Part shown: positions 38,054-49,600 of the stretch, in pieces
Position numbering within the stretch: the stretch's first letter is position 1
How the letters are laid out: every line of letters begins with the position of its first letter
Assembly: GCA_028826165.1 (NCBI GenBank)
Contig: JAPDFW010000069.1
Coordinates: forward strand, 372,001-436,000
Length of the DNA: 64,000 nt
Origin: Anaeramoeba ignava BMAN
Taxonomy: Eukaryota > Protista > Anaeramoebae
Direction: 5' to 3'
The notes under the pieces: model-generated
Told to the model about the DNA's origin: nothing
Databases searched by the model: none
What the model saw: only the letters and a program-made list of their open reading frames with translations
Made by a program: the position numbers and the translations under genes

Positions 38054-41000
38054 TCATTTCATTCCTTGTTTAATTGTTTTTAATTGATCTTCAAAATCGG
38101 ATTTTTCATTTAATTGATAAAAATCAGAAGCATCAGAAAGTTCTTCAATAATAATATTAGAAATTGAATTATCAAGTTTATCTGTGTACAAATATTTAAT
38201 AAATTGATTAAGTGATTCAAATGATTTCTGACTGTAATCATTAACTTCTCCTGAAGAATCATTTTTGACATTTAAAAACATGCCTCGAAACAAACCACAT
38301 CGTGCAATTAGAACCCATTTATGAACAGGAAATTTTTCTTCCTTGAACCAAAATGGCAAAATCCTTTGTTTCATTTTGTTCATATAATCTTTTCAAATCT
38401 TCTAAAATTCCAATTCTTCCTGACATTTTGTTTATTTTTTCAATTGAAATTCCCATTTTTTCTGCAATTCCAAGAATAATATTATAATTTTTATCCAAAA
38501 CATTTCCTGAATAAACAAACTCCAAAAATGCTTTTACATTTTCCTCTTCATAATTAATCAGAGCTTCACTTATTTTTTCCACTTCAATTCCAAGCCTAAA
38601 TTCTAAAATAAATTTGTGGGCTGATATTTCGTTATTTAATGTTTTGATTTGAATATCAGAAAGATCTTTTTCATCCAACAAATCCAAAAAGTCTTGTTGA
38701 ATTTGTTCATATTTCTCAAAAAATCGTTCAATTTCTTTAATTTGATATTGTTTTTGTTCAAATTCCTTTGAATTGATAAAAATTCTTTGATCCTATTTGA
38801 TGTTTTGATTAATTCTTTTCTTTTTGATTTCTTTTTTTTTTTTTCTCAAATTTCTTACAGTGTTTTCAAGATTTTTAAAATTTCCTCCATGGGAAAATAA
38901 TAATTTAATAATTTCAAAATTTAAAGTTGAATGATCTTCTAGATAATATTTTAACAGATTTTGAATCTTTGTTTTTTTTTAAAAAAAAAGAAGGAAAAGA
39001 AAAAATCTCTATTAATTCAAAATATTCCATTTTCTTTTTATCAAAACTAAATTATTTTTCATTTTATACATCGTAATCAATAATTCTTGCAGAGTATTTG
39101 ATTAAGATTTCAAATATTGGTAATTGTTGATTGTTTTTGCAACATAATATCAAAGGAGTTAATTCCTACATTTATTATGATTTTTAAATTGAAATTGAAA
39201 TTGATTTTGATTTTGATTTTGATTTTGATTTTACTTCATTCTAAAAATTAGGTTTATATTGAAAATTAAAAAAAATTAATATTTTTTCATAAATCAAGAA
39301 AAAGTTGGAAAATGAAAATTTCTTACATTATGTTCATTAATATCAACTCCAATTGAACAAAGTTTTTCAACAAGTTCACCATTTGCAGGAAATCTGGATA
39401 AAATATGATGTAAGACATTATTTCCCTTAAAATAAAAATAAAAATAAAATAATTGATTTTAACAATTTTTCTTTCTTCTTTTTAAAATCCAAAAAAGAAT
39501 TGTTTACTTTTTTCTACAAAAATATAAAATAAAATAATTATTTTTTGTTAATTAAATAATCAATTAAATTTTGATCAAACATTTTTTGCATTAATATTTG
39601 CTCCTTTTGAAACTAATAAATCAATCATTTCAATAGAATGTGTTGCTGCATAAAAAAATGCTGTGTTTCCTTGCTATAAAATGAAATTATGGAATAGAGA
39701 TGATTTTTTTTAAATTTCTTTTTTTTGATTGAATTATTTTTTTTTTACTTCCTGTTTTTACAAAAAAAAAAAGGAAATGAATATCAAAATGGATTTAATT
39801 TAAATCAATTCAAATTACATCAAGTAATTCTAAATCCACATTCTTTTCTAATAAAACTTCAACAATATCAACAGAATTTTTGCAAGCTCGATGAACACAT
39901 GGAATTTTCTAATAATTTTAATTTTAATTTTGATTTTGATTTTAAAATAATTTCTCATTCAAAATTTTTATTATTCTTTCTTATTTTTACAATTTTAATA
40001 TTTGGATTTCCTCCATGTTTTAAAAGTAATTTGATTAATTCTGGATTTTTAGAATAAGTGCAAGCAACTGCAAATTCTGTTCCTTCATTCTAAATTTTAT
40101 TTTTTTCAAACTTAGTTTTTTTCAATAATAAAAGAAGAAGAAAAACAATCAAATTTACAAATTTTGATGCATAAGGAAGTGAATTTGTAAATTCTTCGTT
40201 TAAATTAAAATTTTCAATAATTAATTCTACAACTTCAGAAGGAGCTGATTTTTTTATTAAAATGGAAAGTAGTGAAGTTCCCTATTTATATAGGAATTAT
40301 ATCCAAATAAATCAATTTTTTTTTTCTTTTGAATTTTTAATAGAATTTACTCGCTAATGAAAATTAAAATGAAAATTAAAATAAAAATTAAAATGAATTT
40401 AAATGAAAATTAAAATGAAAATTTAAATGAAAATTAAAATAAATTTAAATGAAAATTAAAATAAATTTAAATGAAAATTAAAATGAAAATTAAAATGAAA
40501 ATTTAAATGAAAATTAAAAATAAATTTAAAATGAAAATTAAAATGAAAATTTAAAATGAAAATTTAGTTTTGTTTTTCTCTTTGATAAAATAAAAACTTT
40601 ATCAGAATTAGATTTTGCACCATTTTCAATCAACACTTTAATAATATCAACTTTAGAATCTGCTGCACAAGCAAGAAAAAGTGGTGTTTCATTCTAATCA
40701 AAACAAATCAGAATAAATTTTCATTCTTATTTTGAATGATTTAAAAAATAAATTTTTACTTGCTTTTTAAAGAAATAAATCAATTTTGAAGAAAGAAATA
40801 AAATTGAATTTTGAATTTTAATATAAATTAAACTAACATCCTATCATTCAATAATTTTAATTTTAATTTTCTATTTAATTTTAATTTTCAATTTTTTGAA
40901 TTTTCTCTTTACATTTAATTGATTAATAGGTGATTTTGCATCAACCAAAAGTTGTATAATTTTTGGATCATTTGCTTTTTTAACTGCATAATGAAGAGGA

Positions 41001-43388
41001 ATGTTAGACTAATTAATGTATTTATTTTTAAAATATTGTCAATATAATTATTATTTTTCTCATTTAAAAATATTTCATTTTCTTAATTTACCCACTTAAA
41101 TAAACAAAAAATCATTTTTGTACATTTAATTCACACAATAATAAATAAATTTGAATTTTGATTTGTTTATTTACCAACTAATATAAAATTAATTTTTACA
41201 ATACAAATTTAATCCAAAAAAAAATAGGGAATAATAATTTTAATTTTGATTTAGATTTTGGATTTAATTTTAATTTTAATTTTAATTTTAATTTTAATTT
41301 AATTTTGATTTTGAATTTTAATTTTAATTTTAATTTTAATTTTAATTTTAATTTTAATTTTGATTTTAATTTTAATTTTGATTTTGATTTTAATTTTGAT
41401 TTTGATTTTAATTTTGATTTTAATTTTGATTTTAATTTTAATTTTAATTTTAATTTTAATTTTGATTTTAATTTTAATTTTAATTTTGATTTTAATTTTG
41501 AATTAGATTTTGATTTAGATTTTAATTTTGATTTTGATTTTGATTTTGATTTTAATTTTAATTTTAATTTTAAGATTTTAAGAATTTTAATTTTAATTTT
41601 AATTTTAATTTTAATTTTAATTTTAATTTTAATTTTAATTTTAATTTTAATTTTGATTTTGATTTTGATTTTCAATTTTAAACAATTTTGATTTTTTTTG
41701 TTATTTTTTTTAATCAATTTTGAGATTTTGATTTTAATTCATAAAAAGAATTTTTAACAATTTTGATTTTATAAATGAAAATTTTATCCAAAATAAATAA
41801 TTTTTAATCAAAATTTTAAGAAAAAGAAAAATTTTATTTTAATTTTAAATAAAATCAAATTTAAAAAGAAATAATTTAGGAATCATTTTTATTTTTTCTT
41901 CAAAGAGATTTTTACATTTTTCAAACCAGAAATTTCATTTTAATTAAAAAGGTTTAATCTTTTCTGATTTTTTTTAATTTTATTTAACATTTTAAATTTT
42001 GGGATTTTGTTTTTTTTAAAAATAAAGAATAAAAACAAAAATAATTTCCTTTTTTTATAAATTGACATTCAAGAGAAAACATGGAAAATTTTTAATCAAA
42101 TTTTTATTTCCTAATTTTCCATTTTTTTAAATTTTAATCAAAACAAAAATAAAAATAAATCAAAATTAAAAAAGAAAAATTATTTACACCCTAAATAAAA
42201 TCAAAAATATCTAAATAATTGGGGAATCATTTTATATTTTTCTTCAAAGAGATTTACATTTTCGAACTGAAATTTCATTTTTCTAAAAAGGTTTAATCTT
42301 TCTGGATTTTTGAAATTAAATTAAATTTGAAATAAATTAAAAATTAAATTAAAATTAAAAATGTTTCCTTTTATAAATTTCACAAGAAAACATGGAAAAT
42401 TAAAATCAATTTAAACCTGAAATAATTTGAAATTTTAAATTTTAAATCAAATTGAAAATCAACAGAATTAAAAAAAATACAATTGAAATTTGTAAAGAAT
42501 CAGCTCCCTTATCTATTAATAATTGGGGAATTTGAAAACTTTCGGAACAATGTTGAACTGCATAAAAAAGTGGAGATTCATTCTTAAAATTTGAAATGAA
42601 TTGAATTGAAATAAATTAAAATTGAAATAAATTAAAATTTGAAATGAAATAAATTGAAATAAATTAAAATTGGAATTGAATTGAAATTTGAAATTGGATT
42701 AAATTGAAATAAATTAAAATTTGAAATTGAATTGAAATTTGAAATTGGATTGAAATTGAAATAAATTAAAAATACTCTCTATCAAAAAAGAAAAATAAGT
42801 TTTCAATTTAAATTCAATAAATTAAGGAAGGGTTTATTTTTATAGAAATTGATTTACATTCTAAAAATATAATGAAATCATAAATATTTTTCTTTTTGAA
42901 ATTAATTTTTGATTTTACATTTGAAATTTTTGGATCTGCTCCTCTTTCTAATAATAAACGAACAACTTCAAGTTTTTCATCATAACGGCAAGCATAAAAT
43001 AAAGCAGTAGAATTTGAAGTCTTTTGTTTTTGTTTTTGTTTTTATTTTTATTTTTATTTTTATTGAATTAAAAATCTAAAAATAAAAAATGATATTTTTT
43101 TACATCAACTTCATTCACATCAACTCCAGAATCAAGAATAGCTTTAATTACTTGTAAAGATTGATTAGAAGAAACAGCATACATTAATACTGGTATTTCA
43201 TACTTAAAAAAAAAGAAAAGAAAAAAAAGAAAAAGAAAAAAAGAAATTAAAATCAATTTGCTTTTTTTTTGTTGTTTTAAAATTTTATTTACAATTTTTA
43301 TTTTTGCAAGAGAAGGTTTTCTTCTTAATAAATCAAGAATTTGTTTTTCCTTTCTTTCATTAAGATATTTTATGAATTGTTTAGACAT
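38054..43388 (-). CDS. Ankyrin-repeat (about 12) + tandem BTB protein, 14 main exons plus up to 11 micro-exons
   Basis: Main exons 43388-43293, 43202-43104, 43020-42919, 42582-42481, 41008-40913, 40693-40598, 40281-40159, 40089-39991, 39908-39819, 39673-39581, 39425-39327, 39165-39070, 38966-38859, 38792-38054. All introns are phase 0 GT-AG; internal exons are each about one ankyrin repeat. BTBs SAHKFIL and VHKWVLIARCGLFRGMF; +1 frameshift near 38340. Confidence 0.85.
39235..40353 (-). other. Micro-exons CGA (40353-40351), GAA (39751-39749), AAAAAA (39513-39508), AATGAA (39240-39235)
   Basis: Each has AG and GT flanks; give DK-R-GTSLL, LLD-E-QGNTAF, NAKN-KK-GNNVL, NEHN-NE-ELTPL. Confidence 0.78.
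40760..40840 (-). other. Two 3-nt micro-exons: GAT (40840-40838, Asp) and CAA (40762-40760, Gln)
   Basis: gatag|GAT|gttagt, aaaag|CAA|gtaaaa; split a 219-nt gap into 72, 75 and 66-nt introns; give INQLN-D-Q-NETPL. Confidence 0.8.
41092..42190 (-). other. Candidate 3-nt micro-exons GGT (42190-42188), TTG (41177-41175), TGG (41094-41092)
   Basis: tttag|GGT|gtaaat, attag|TTG|gtaaat, ttaag|TGG|gtaaat; canonical spacing needs only one codon at this junction. Confidence 0.6.
42776..42860 (-). other. Two 3-nt micro-exons: AAT (42860-42858, Asn) and AGA (42778-42776, Arg)
   Basis: ttttag|AAT|gtaaat and gatag|AGA|gtattt; give GAD-PKISN-N-R-NE-SPL, the canonical 9-residue ankyrin linker. Confidence 0.75.
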
Positions 43389-43521
43389 AAAAATAAAAAT
43401 AAAATAAAAATAAAAAATAAGAAAATGAATGAGAAAAAAATGAATTTGGGTTTTTATTTTGTTTTTTTTTTTTTGAGTGAGAAAAGAATAACAAAATAAA
43501 ATGAGAAGAATGAATTAAAGT

Positions 43522-45342
43522 TTAATTTGAATTGAGATTTTCCATTGCTACTTTATTAACATCACCATTAAATTTGATAAGTAATTCCTTATTCTTTTCA
43601 GTATTAGCAAAACCCATATCAACAAGTAGCTTTAATTGCTTTTCAAAAGCAAAAGAATTTGGATCATTTGGTTCTGAAATTGGAACTTTTTCAAGATCTT
43701 GAAGAGAGGATTCAACTTGAATAATAATCCAAATACGATGACCAAAACGAGAACCGTCTTTGCGACAAACGCGATAGTAGCCTGTGTATCTTCCAGGATT
43801 TGAGGGTGCTTTGAACTTCATAAAAATATCAGCAGATTCACTGGGTTTGAGTTGAGGAATTTCAACAATATCATCATTAAGTCTGAAATCATCACCACCA
43901 ACAAAATCAAGTGAACAACCTTCTTCCCATTCTGAAGTTCCATCGTTCCTGATGCGCCAACCTTTCTCGAATTCTTGGTTGGGTTCGAATTTATCTTCAT
44001 CATTAACAAGTAAGTGTTGAACAAATCGAACGGTTAGTTTGGGAGGTTTTGGGATTTTTGGATTTTTCCGATTTAAGCCTCTTCCTCGAAATTTGTATGA
44101 ACAATCGTGACAAAAACCAGTTGAATTTGAATTTGGAGTTGAATTTGAATTTAAATTTAAATTTAAATTTTGATTGTGGTTTGTGGAGTGTTGTTGTGGA
44201 GGAGGCATAAATGAGGAGAAAGGTGATTGAGGAGGCATAAAATTAAAGGGTGGATTGACATGAGGAGGAATATAGGATTGTGTTGGATCAAAATTGGGTG
44301 TGAAAGGAAAACCTTGTCCGAATCCTCCCATTCCCATCATTCCATTTCCTCGACGGTTGTGATGATATGGTGGATGTGGATGTGGATGTGGATGTGGATG
44401 TGGATGTGGATGTCCGCCTCCAAAAAATGGTGGGAATTTTTTGAAAGAATTTGGAGGAATGTTTTGTATAAAATTATAAGGATTGAATTGCATGTTTGTT
44501 GGTATTTGGAATTCGGATACAAAATGTTTGGGGAAATTATTTGTTTCTTTTTGTGTTGGGTTGTTTTCTTGTGTTTTTTGTTCTTCTTCTGGTGGGAATG
44601 GAATTATTTTTGTGAAATTTTCGCACAATCCTTTGAGATTTAGTTCGCTAACTGAAGTGATAATTTTGCTCAATGATTTTATTCTTTCTGCGATTTGTTG
44701 AGCAACAAATCCAATTTTCAATTTTGTTTCTTCTTTGATTTCAATAAATTTATCTTGAGCATAAATATCTTGGACAAACTTGACAAAATCTTGAGAACTT
44801 TTTTCAGCATTTTGGAACAAATTGATTAATTCTGCGATTAGTTTAGATTTGACTCTGTAAAACCATTGAACAAGATTATAATCTTGCATTAGATCATAAA
44901 CAGTATTCCAAGCTTGTTTCAAGCCGTCAAAAAGACTAAAAGAAGGGATGTTGTTTTGAGTATCAGAAAATTGGTCTTCAGTTTGCTTATTGAAATAATC
45001 ATTATCATCATTATTGCTGTCATTTCCTTTTAGCTTGCTCTGCTTGTCATTCTCTTCATCATCTCTTTGGCTGTCATTTGCTTTAGCTTCAATAAAGATC
45101 CGAAGAACATGATTATTTGCTTGTTCTAAAAGTTGAATAGCTTCTTTTAATTCCATTGTTGATGTTAATGTAATATAATCCATTTCGTTATCTTGATATT
45201 TTACAACATAATCATCCATGTTAATTTTGTAAATTTGACAAAGAAGGTTACAAAGATCTTCGAAGGTTGAATTTTTTGTTATTGAAACACGTCGAATATC
45301 TTGTTTGAATTTAGATTTGATTTCAATTTTTTCAGAAGTCAT
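43522..45342 (-). CDS. NBR1: NBR1-like selective autophagy receptor (PB1 - FW/NBR1 domain - UBA)
   Basis: PB1 (KSKFKQDIRR...KYQDNEMDYITL), FW domain (FEKGWRIRNDGTSEW...APSNPGRYTGYYR...FGHRIW), UBA (LKLLVDMGF...N..LL..FNGDV). True start likely MTSEK at 45342. Confidence 0.85.
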   Translation of the reverse strand: MTSEKIEIKSKFKQDIRRVSITKNSTFEDLCNLLCQIYKINMDDYVVKYQDNEMDYITLTSTMELKEAIQLLEQANNHVLRIFIEAKANDSQRDDEENDKQSKLKGNDSNNDDNDYFNKQTEDQFSDTQNNIPSFSLFDGLKQAWNTVYDLMQDYNLVQWFYRVKSKLIAELINLFQNAEKSSQDFVKFVQDIYAQDKFIEIKEETKLKIGFVAQQIAERIKSLSKIITSVSELNLKGLCENFTKIIPFPPEEEQKTQENNPTQKETNNFPKHFVSEFQIPTNMQFNPYNFIQNIPPNSFKKFPPFFGGGHPHPHPHPHPHPHPPYHHNRRGNGMMGMGGFGQGFPFTPNFDPTQSYIPPHVNPPFNFMPPQSPFSSFMPPPQQHSTNHNQNLNLNLNSNSTPNSNSTGFCHDCSYKFRGRGLNRKNPKIPKPPKLTVRFVQHLLVNDEDKFEPNQEFEKGWRIRNDGTSEWEEGCSLDFVGGDDFRLNDDIVEIPQLKPSESADIFMKFKAPSNPGRYTGYYRVCRKDGSRFGHRIWIIIQVESSLQDLEKVPISEPNDPNSFAFEKQLKLLVDMGFANTEKNKELLIKFNGDVNKVAMENLNSN

Positions 45343-45695
45343 TGTTTTTGTGTTTGATTTTTTTTTTTTTAATAAAAAAAAAATTTTATAAAAAATAAAA
45401 AATAAAAAGAAATAAAAAGAAAAATAAAAAGATAAAGTGAATTGAAATATAAGTAAATTTAAAAAGAAAAAAAGAAAAAAAAAAAAAAGAATCAAATAAA
45501 GTATGTAAAAAAAAAAATAAAATGAAAAAGAAAAAAATGAAAAAATTAAAATGGGAAAAAAAAATTTTTTTTATTTAAATTAATAAGAGTTCTCAATTTT
45601 ATAATAATTAAAAAAAAAAAAGGAGAAAAAAAAATAAAATTAAAAATAAAAAGGAGAAAAAATTTTTTTTCATTTTTTTTTTCATTTTTTTCATA

Positions 45696-46382
45696 ATGTC
45701 AATTGAAGCTTTAAATAAAATTAATCAACAAATTGAAGATTTATCAAAAGAATTAAATTTAGATTATAAACCAAATTTAGTTGCAATTTCTAAAACAAAA
45801 CCAAAAGAATCAATTTTAATACTTTATGAATCAGGACAAAAACATTTTGGAGAAAATTATGTTCAAGAAATAATTGAAAAGGCAAAAGAATTACCTAAAG
45901 ATATTAAATGGCATTTTGTTGGGCATTTACAATCAAACAAAGCAAAATCACTTGTTCAACTTGATAATTTATATGTTATTGAAACTATTGATACAATTAA
46001 ACTAGCAAAAATTCTTAACAAATTATTGGCTCAGCAAAAAAGAACATTGAATATCATGATTCAAGTTGATATTAGTCATGAAGGTACAAAATCTGGTTGT
46101 TCTGAAAATGATTTACCTGATTTAACTAAATTTATTTTGGAAAAGTGTCCAAATTTAAAGTTAATTGGATTAATGTCTCTTGGAAATCCAAATTCAATTG
46201 AAGAATTTGAACAAATGAAAAAATTAAAAGCTCAACTTATTGAAAAGTTTGAAATTGATAAGAATCAATTTGATTTAAGTTTTGGTACTTCTCAAGATTT
46301 TGAAGAAGCAATTAAACATGGATCTAATAGTGTTAGAATTGGAACAACATTATTTGGGCCTCGAGCATGCAAAAAGAAGTGA
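45696..46382 (+). CDS. PLPBP: Pyridoxal phosphate homeostasis protein (YggS/PROSC)
   Basis: LVAISKTKP, FGENYVQE, WHFVGHLQSNK, VRIGTTLFG. Confidence 0.95.
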   Translation: MSIEALNKINQQIEDLSKELNLDYKPNLVAISKTKPKESILILYESGQKHFGENYVQEIIEKAKELPKDIKWHFVGHLQSNKAKSLVQLDNLYVIETIDTIKLAKILNKLLAQQKRTLNIMIQVDISHEGTKSGCSENDLPDLTKFILEKCPNLKLIGLMSLGNPNSIEEFEQMKKLKAQLIEKFEIDKNQFDLSFGTSQDFEEAIKHGSNSVRIGTTLFGPRACKKK

Positions 46383-46651
46383 AATTTTAAATTTTAAATT
46401 TTGATTTTGATTTTGATTTTGATTTTGATTTAAATTTTGATTTTTGATTTTGATTTAAATTTTTAAGTTTAAATTAGTTTTTGATTTAAAATTTGGTTTT
46501 AAAATTTGGATTTAAAATTTGAAACGTTAATGAAATGATTAAAAAAAAAATAAAAACAAAAGATCCGTTAATTTTTCTTTTTTATTTTTTTTCAATAAAT
46601 TTTTTTTTTCATTTTTTTTCTAATTTCATTTAAATAATTTTTATATATATA

Positions 46652-49600
46652 ATGACAACTGAATTAACAAGAAAATTAATTGATTCAAGTCAAAATAATT
46701 TAGATTCTTTCATTTCTTTTATGGTTAAATTAAAAACACCTTTAAAAGAAATGATCCAAACTTTAAATAAAAGATCTTCAATGAAAATTTGGGAAAATTT
46801 AAATCATTTATTCAATAAAATTATTCAAGAAAATTTATACATCTTTGACACAAATATCCAAAATAGAATTCATTATTTAAAAGGATTATTTCATTTAGCG
46901 ACGCTGATTGAAAGTTTTCTTGAAGAAAAAAAGCAATTTCTTCCAAATGCTTGTTTTGAAATGATTGTTGGATTGCATGATTCCATATTCTTAATGAGAC
47001 AAGAAAGAAAAAATGATCCAATTTCTTATTCAACACCAACAAAAAAACAAGAAAAAAATGAAACAAATGAAAATGAAAATGAAAATGAGAATGAAAATGA
47101 AAATGGAAAGGAGAATACAATGGAAATTGAAATACAAAATGAGGATTTATCAAAAGACCAATTGGATAACTTAATCGAACAAGAAAACTCTAAAATTCTT
47201 CTTTTCCAAGAAAAAGTGGTTCAAATTTGTGAGAAGTATTATCTCCTCGAAAAAGAAGAACGAGAACGAATTGTTCCACAAATGATTTCTTATTTAGTTT
47301 TGGTTTCACTTGATCTCTCAGCAAAACCAGCACATATTAAAAGACTTTATAGCACAAGAAGTTCACTTTTATTACTTGATTTTTCAGATGAAAGCACAAC
47401 ATGGTTGAAAAATTTACTTCTTCGCTGTTTCATTTCTCCACTCTTCCTGAAGACAGAGGAAGGCAAAAAGTTTCTGGTTTATCTTTTTGGATTATATCCA
47501 CCTTTTATTGACCAAATACATGCTACAATCAAGAATCAACTTCCCGTATCAAGTTCTGCAATAATTGATATTTTTGGAGAAATTTATTTCAAAGCTTGGA
47601 AAATGGCTGTTTCTTCGTACAGAGTCAGAATCGAGTATTCCTGCATCCAAGATCTTATGAATCATGCGATTCATGCATCAACTCCAAAGATGACAAAGGT
47701 TCTTCATCAACTTCTTTCCAAAATTCACACACAAAAAAATTTCAGAGGAGTTGATGAAATGCTTCTCCGGTTATACGAACCGATTCTTTTCAGATCTCTT
47801 AATGTTTCAAATCCATTGGTTAGGAAAAACGCAGCACTACTTTTAATTGATGCGTTTCCTCTCCAAGATCCAGACTCTTTACACGAAGAAATTGATCAGA
47901 TCCTGCAAATCCAATTTGATCATCTCACAAACCTTATGACTGATTCATGTGTTCCTGTTCGTTCTGTTGCTGTTCAAGGTGTTTGCCGAATTTTAAGCAT
48001 ATTCTGGGAACTTATCCCTTCAGAGATTTCCCAGTCTTTCCTCAACCTAATATTCCATGATCTGATCTATGATAAATCTTCTTCGTCTTTTCGAGTCGCA
48101 GTCATAAAAGGCATTTCTTATTTGCTTGATTCACACTTGGTGCAGACGAGTCTGAAGAAGTTTCTCCCTTCGATCCGTTCTATGATTAATGACAAAGTGG
48201 AAAGTGTGCGTTTGGCATTTATACACTTGCTGATCCAAATCAAGAACTTGAGGTTCATCAAATTCTATGAGGTTGTTCCGTTGAAATTCTTGCTTTATCG
48301 GTTAGCAAAAGATAATATCTTTGCGAGCCAACAAGGATATCCAAATCAGTTATCTGTAGGTGAATCTATAAAGAAGATCAATTCAAATGCAGACAAGATT
48401 GGAGAAAGAATCACTTCGTTGCTTTTGAGTACTTATTTTCCCCATGAAACCCATCATGGTTCTGAGCTGATATATCGCTGTTTGCGTTTGATGAAGAAGA
48501 ATATTGTTGCTGCCAAAATATTCTTTTATTATCTTACAAGAGTTGCTCCTTTAGATTCAATTTGCAGACTTGTAATCTTGTTCATGAAGATACTCGACAG
48601 ATGCTATAACACCAAAATGATGGGAGCTGAACAAAGTTTCCTTGATGTTCTCAAATCCACAAGAAATTCAACTAAACCAAACCAAGAACAAGAACAAGAA
48701 CAAGAACAAAATGATCAAGAAAAAGAAAAAGAAAAAGAACAAAATGATCAAAAGAAATCAAAGAAACGAAAATCAAAACGCAAAAAGTCGAAAGAAGAAC
48801 GAAAACGCGAAATTGAACCTTCTTATAAAGAATTTGAATTTGAATTTGAACCCCAAATTTTGCACATTGTTTCGATTCTTGTTGAAGGAATCGAACCATC
48901 AATATCTGACAAGAAGAATAAGAAACTAAAAGACTTCTTATCAAACGTGTTCAACAATTCTTTTCTTTCAGATTTCTATGATGCTTTTCCTTCAGCATTG
49001 ACTCATTCATCCATTTTGAAAATTGTATCTTTTCATTCAGACTCCTCAGTAATCGATATTTCAATATCAAAAATCAAAGATCTCCCAAACCAAGATTTCT
49101 CAAAGCTTCCGCTATATTATCAAGATGAGGTTTATTACGGTTCTCTTGTGGATTGTCTTGTGAAAAATGGAAAGGAAGTGCTGCTTCTTAATTTGATTCG
49201 TGATTGGATCTTAGAGCCGTTTTCTAGTATGAAAAAAGAAGCTGAAAACGAAAAGAAAGAAAAAACCAAATCCAAAAAGAGAAAATCCAAAGCAAAAAGC
49301 CCAGAGCCGAATACAAGTGCTGAATGGAAAATGCTTGAACAGAAGGCTTTTGTTGCAATCAAATTGTTGGATTATATGATGAAAACTGAAAGTAACCGAA
49401 GAGTTGTTGTAACTCATGATGAAATTTCGGACTTGATTATCGTTCTTCAGCAATACCATCTCATTATAAGCTATCGTATTTCTTCTGAGAAAAACCAAAA
49501 TTTCATTTCAGACGATCTTCTTTTAGAATTATTGCAAGTCGAAGGCAAATCACTCATTTCATTATTCACTCAACTCTCACTTGAACCACTTGATCCAACA

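Noticed and set aside
41196-41717. 173-aa KI/KS and 128-aa NF ORFs
   Set aside because: (TTTTAA/TTTTGA)n microsatellite inside an intron of the ankyrin-BTB gene.
11053-45342. Functional cluster of ubiquitin/ESCRT/autophagy genes (HECT, UBLCP1, BROX, BTBs, NBR1)
   Set aside because: Interspersed with unrelated genes, and BTB families appear highly expanded, so co-location may be chance; untestable from one window.
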